35,216 nt of DNA from an uncultured Anaerolineales bacterium (GTDB taxonomy: Bacteria > Chloroflexota > Anaerolineae > B4-G1). This document shows positions 34,720 to 35,216 of the stretch, piece by piece. The notes under the pieces were generated by a model that saw nothing but the letters and a program-made list of their open reading frames with translations, was not told where the DNA came from and ran no database searches. The position numbers and the translations under genes were made by a program. The stretch is from assembly GCA_964568065.1 (NCBI GenBank), contig CAZMOT010000020.1:1-35216 (forward strand), read 5' to 3'. Position 1 is the first letter of the stretch; each line of letters starts with the position of its first letter.

Positions 34720-34824
34720 GGCCGGGATTGGCAGCAGGATTCATGTGCTCCTGCCTGTCATCGGCTGACCTGGGCCTCAAAGGCGTGTCAGAATGATGGC
34801 TGGAGCCAAAAACGCCGAGCTGAC

Positions 34825-34853
34825 TTGCAGATTTCAAAGAAATGTGCTATGCT
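34825..34853 (+). promoter_or_regulatory. Candidate sigma70-type promoter TTGCAG-17 nt-TATGCT upstream of the alaS-like gene
   Basis: Hexamers and spacing read directly. Local GC is lower. Confidence 0.35.
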
Positions 34854-34898
34854 ACAAATGTCTCCGTTGTGCGTGTCGTTGAATGAGAGGGCTCTGGA

Positions 34899-35192
34899 AT
34901 GAACTCCATTGAGATTCGGCGGCGCTTTGTAGACTATTACAAAGGGTTGGGCTTTCATCTGCTTCCCCGTGCTCCTATGCTTCATCCTTCCATCCCCATG
35001 TCTTTCGTGATGAGTGCCGGCCTGGTTCAGGTGGAAACCTCCCTGGCTCGGGCGGAAGAAAGGCCTGGCGATCAGTTCGTTCTCGTGCAAGAGTGCTTCC
35101 GGCACTTCGATCTTGACAAGGTGGGAACTGACGACATTCACCTCAGCTTGTTCGAGATGCCTGTCAATTTTCGCCCGACATGGGGCCAGTGA
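34899..35192 (+). CDS. Divergent alanyl-tRNA-synthetase-like N-terminal catalytic region; probably continues beyond the window after a T-run frameshift at ~35170
   Basis: MNSIEIRRRFVDYYKGLGFHLLPRAPMLHP...FVMSAGLVQ...VLVQECFRHFDLDKVGTDDIHLSLFEMPVNF parallels AlaRS (EIRxxFLxFF..KGH..vpSssLvP.nDPtLLFTnAGM...QkCLR..D.enVG.t.rHhTfFEMLGNFSFGDY). One extra T in TTTT would give NFSPDMGPVIFGQDG..., continuing in frame. Confidence 0.35.
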   Translation: MNSIEIRRRFVDYYKGLGFHLLPRAPMLHPSIPMSFVMSAGLVQVETSLARAEERPGDQFVLVQECFRHFDLDKVGTDDIHLSLFEMPVNFRPTWGQ

Positions 35193-35216
35193 TTTTCGGC
35201 CAAGATGGTCCACTCG

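Overview
High-GC (~63%) bacterial chromosomal segment. Gene content points to Chloroflexota: a long rpoC with a lineage-specific N-terminal insertion and no adjacent rpoB, an archaeal-type thrC with a Zn ribbon, and a short-type ahcY. This phylum call is inference only.

Layout, left to right:
1. A cell-envelope block: the N-terminal part of a GT39 glycosyltransferase and a membrane-anchored alpha/beta-hydrolase.
2. A decayed signal-transduction region (1.8-7.0 kb). It holds an AT-rich island with a frameshifted class-III cyclase domain, a 5' stub of a cyclase paralog, an intact Ser/Thr kinase with an extracytoplasmic beta-propeller, and a cyclase-AAA ATPase gene broken by a 7-bp tandem duplication and truncated at its 3' end.
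3. A plus-strand trio that is the most unusual content of the window: two tandem paralogs that each fuse a DapA-family class-I aldolase to a formaldehyde-activating-enzyme (Fae)-like domain, followed by a Zn-ribbon threonine-synthase-like PLP enzyme.
4. A long minus-strand operon mixing methyl-cycle/methionine-salvage genes (ahcY, an adenosine-kinase-like PfkB kinase, a TsaA-like methyltransferase, mtnA) with a CDP-deoxyhexose cluster (rfbF/rfbG/rfbH-like, an SDR enzyme, a GT2 polyprenyl-phosphate-sugar synthase). Three toxin-antitoxin modules are embedded in it: an MNT-HEPN pair with a frameshifted HEPN gene, and two DUF4258/YgiT-type pairs carrying in-frame stop codons. One of these toxin genes is split by a ~240-bp hairpin-dense insertion.
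5. rpoC with a near-consensus promoter, a PLP enzyme of the ACC-deaminase/D-cysteine-desulfhydrase family, two tandem SPFH/band-7 membrane proteins, a hypothetical TPR-like protein, and the start of a divergent alaS-like gene.

Several intergenic or start-proximal regions carry tandem heptamer repeats (TGGATAY x4, ACGTRAA x4, GCGAACT/TTGCGAA x3) or phased A-tracts. No rRNA, tRNA or CRISPR array was recognised.
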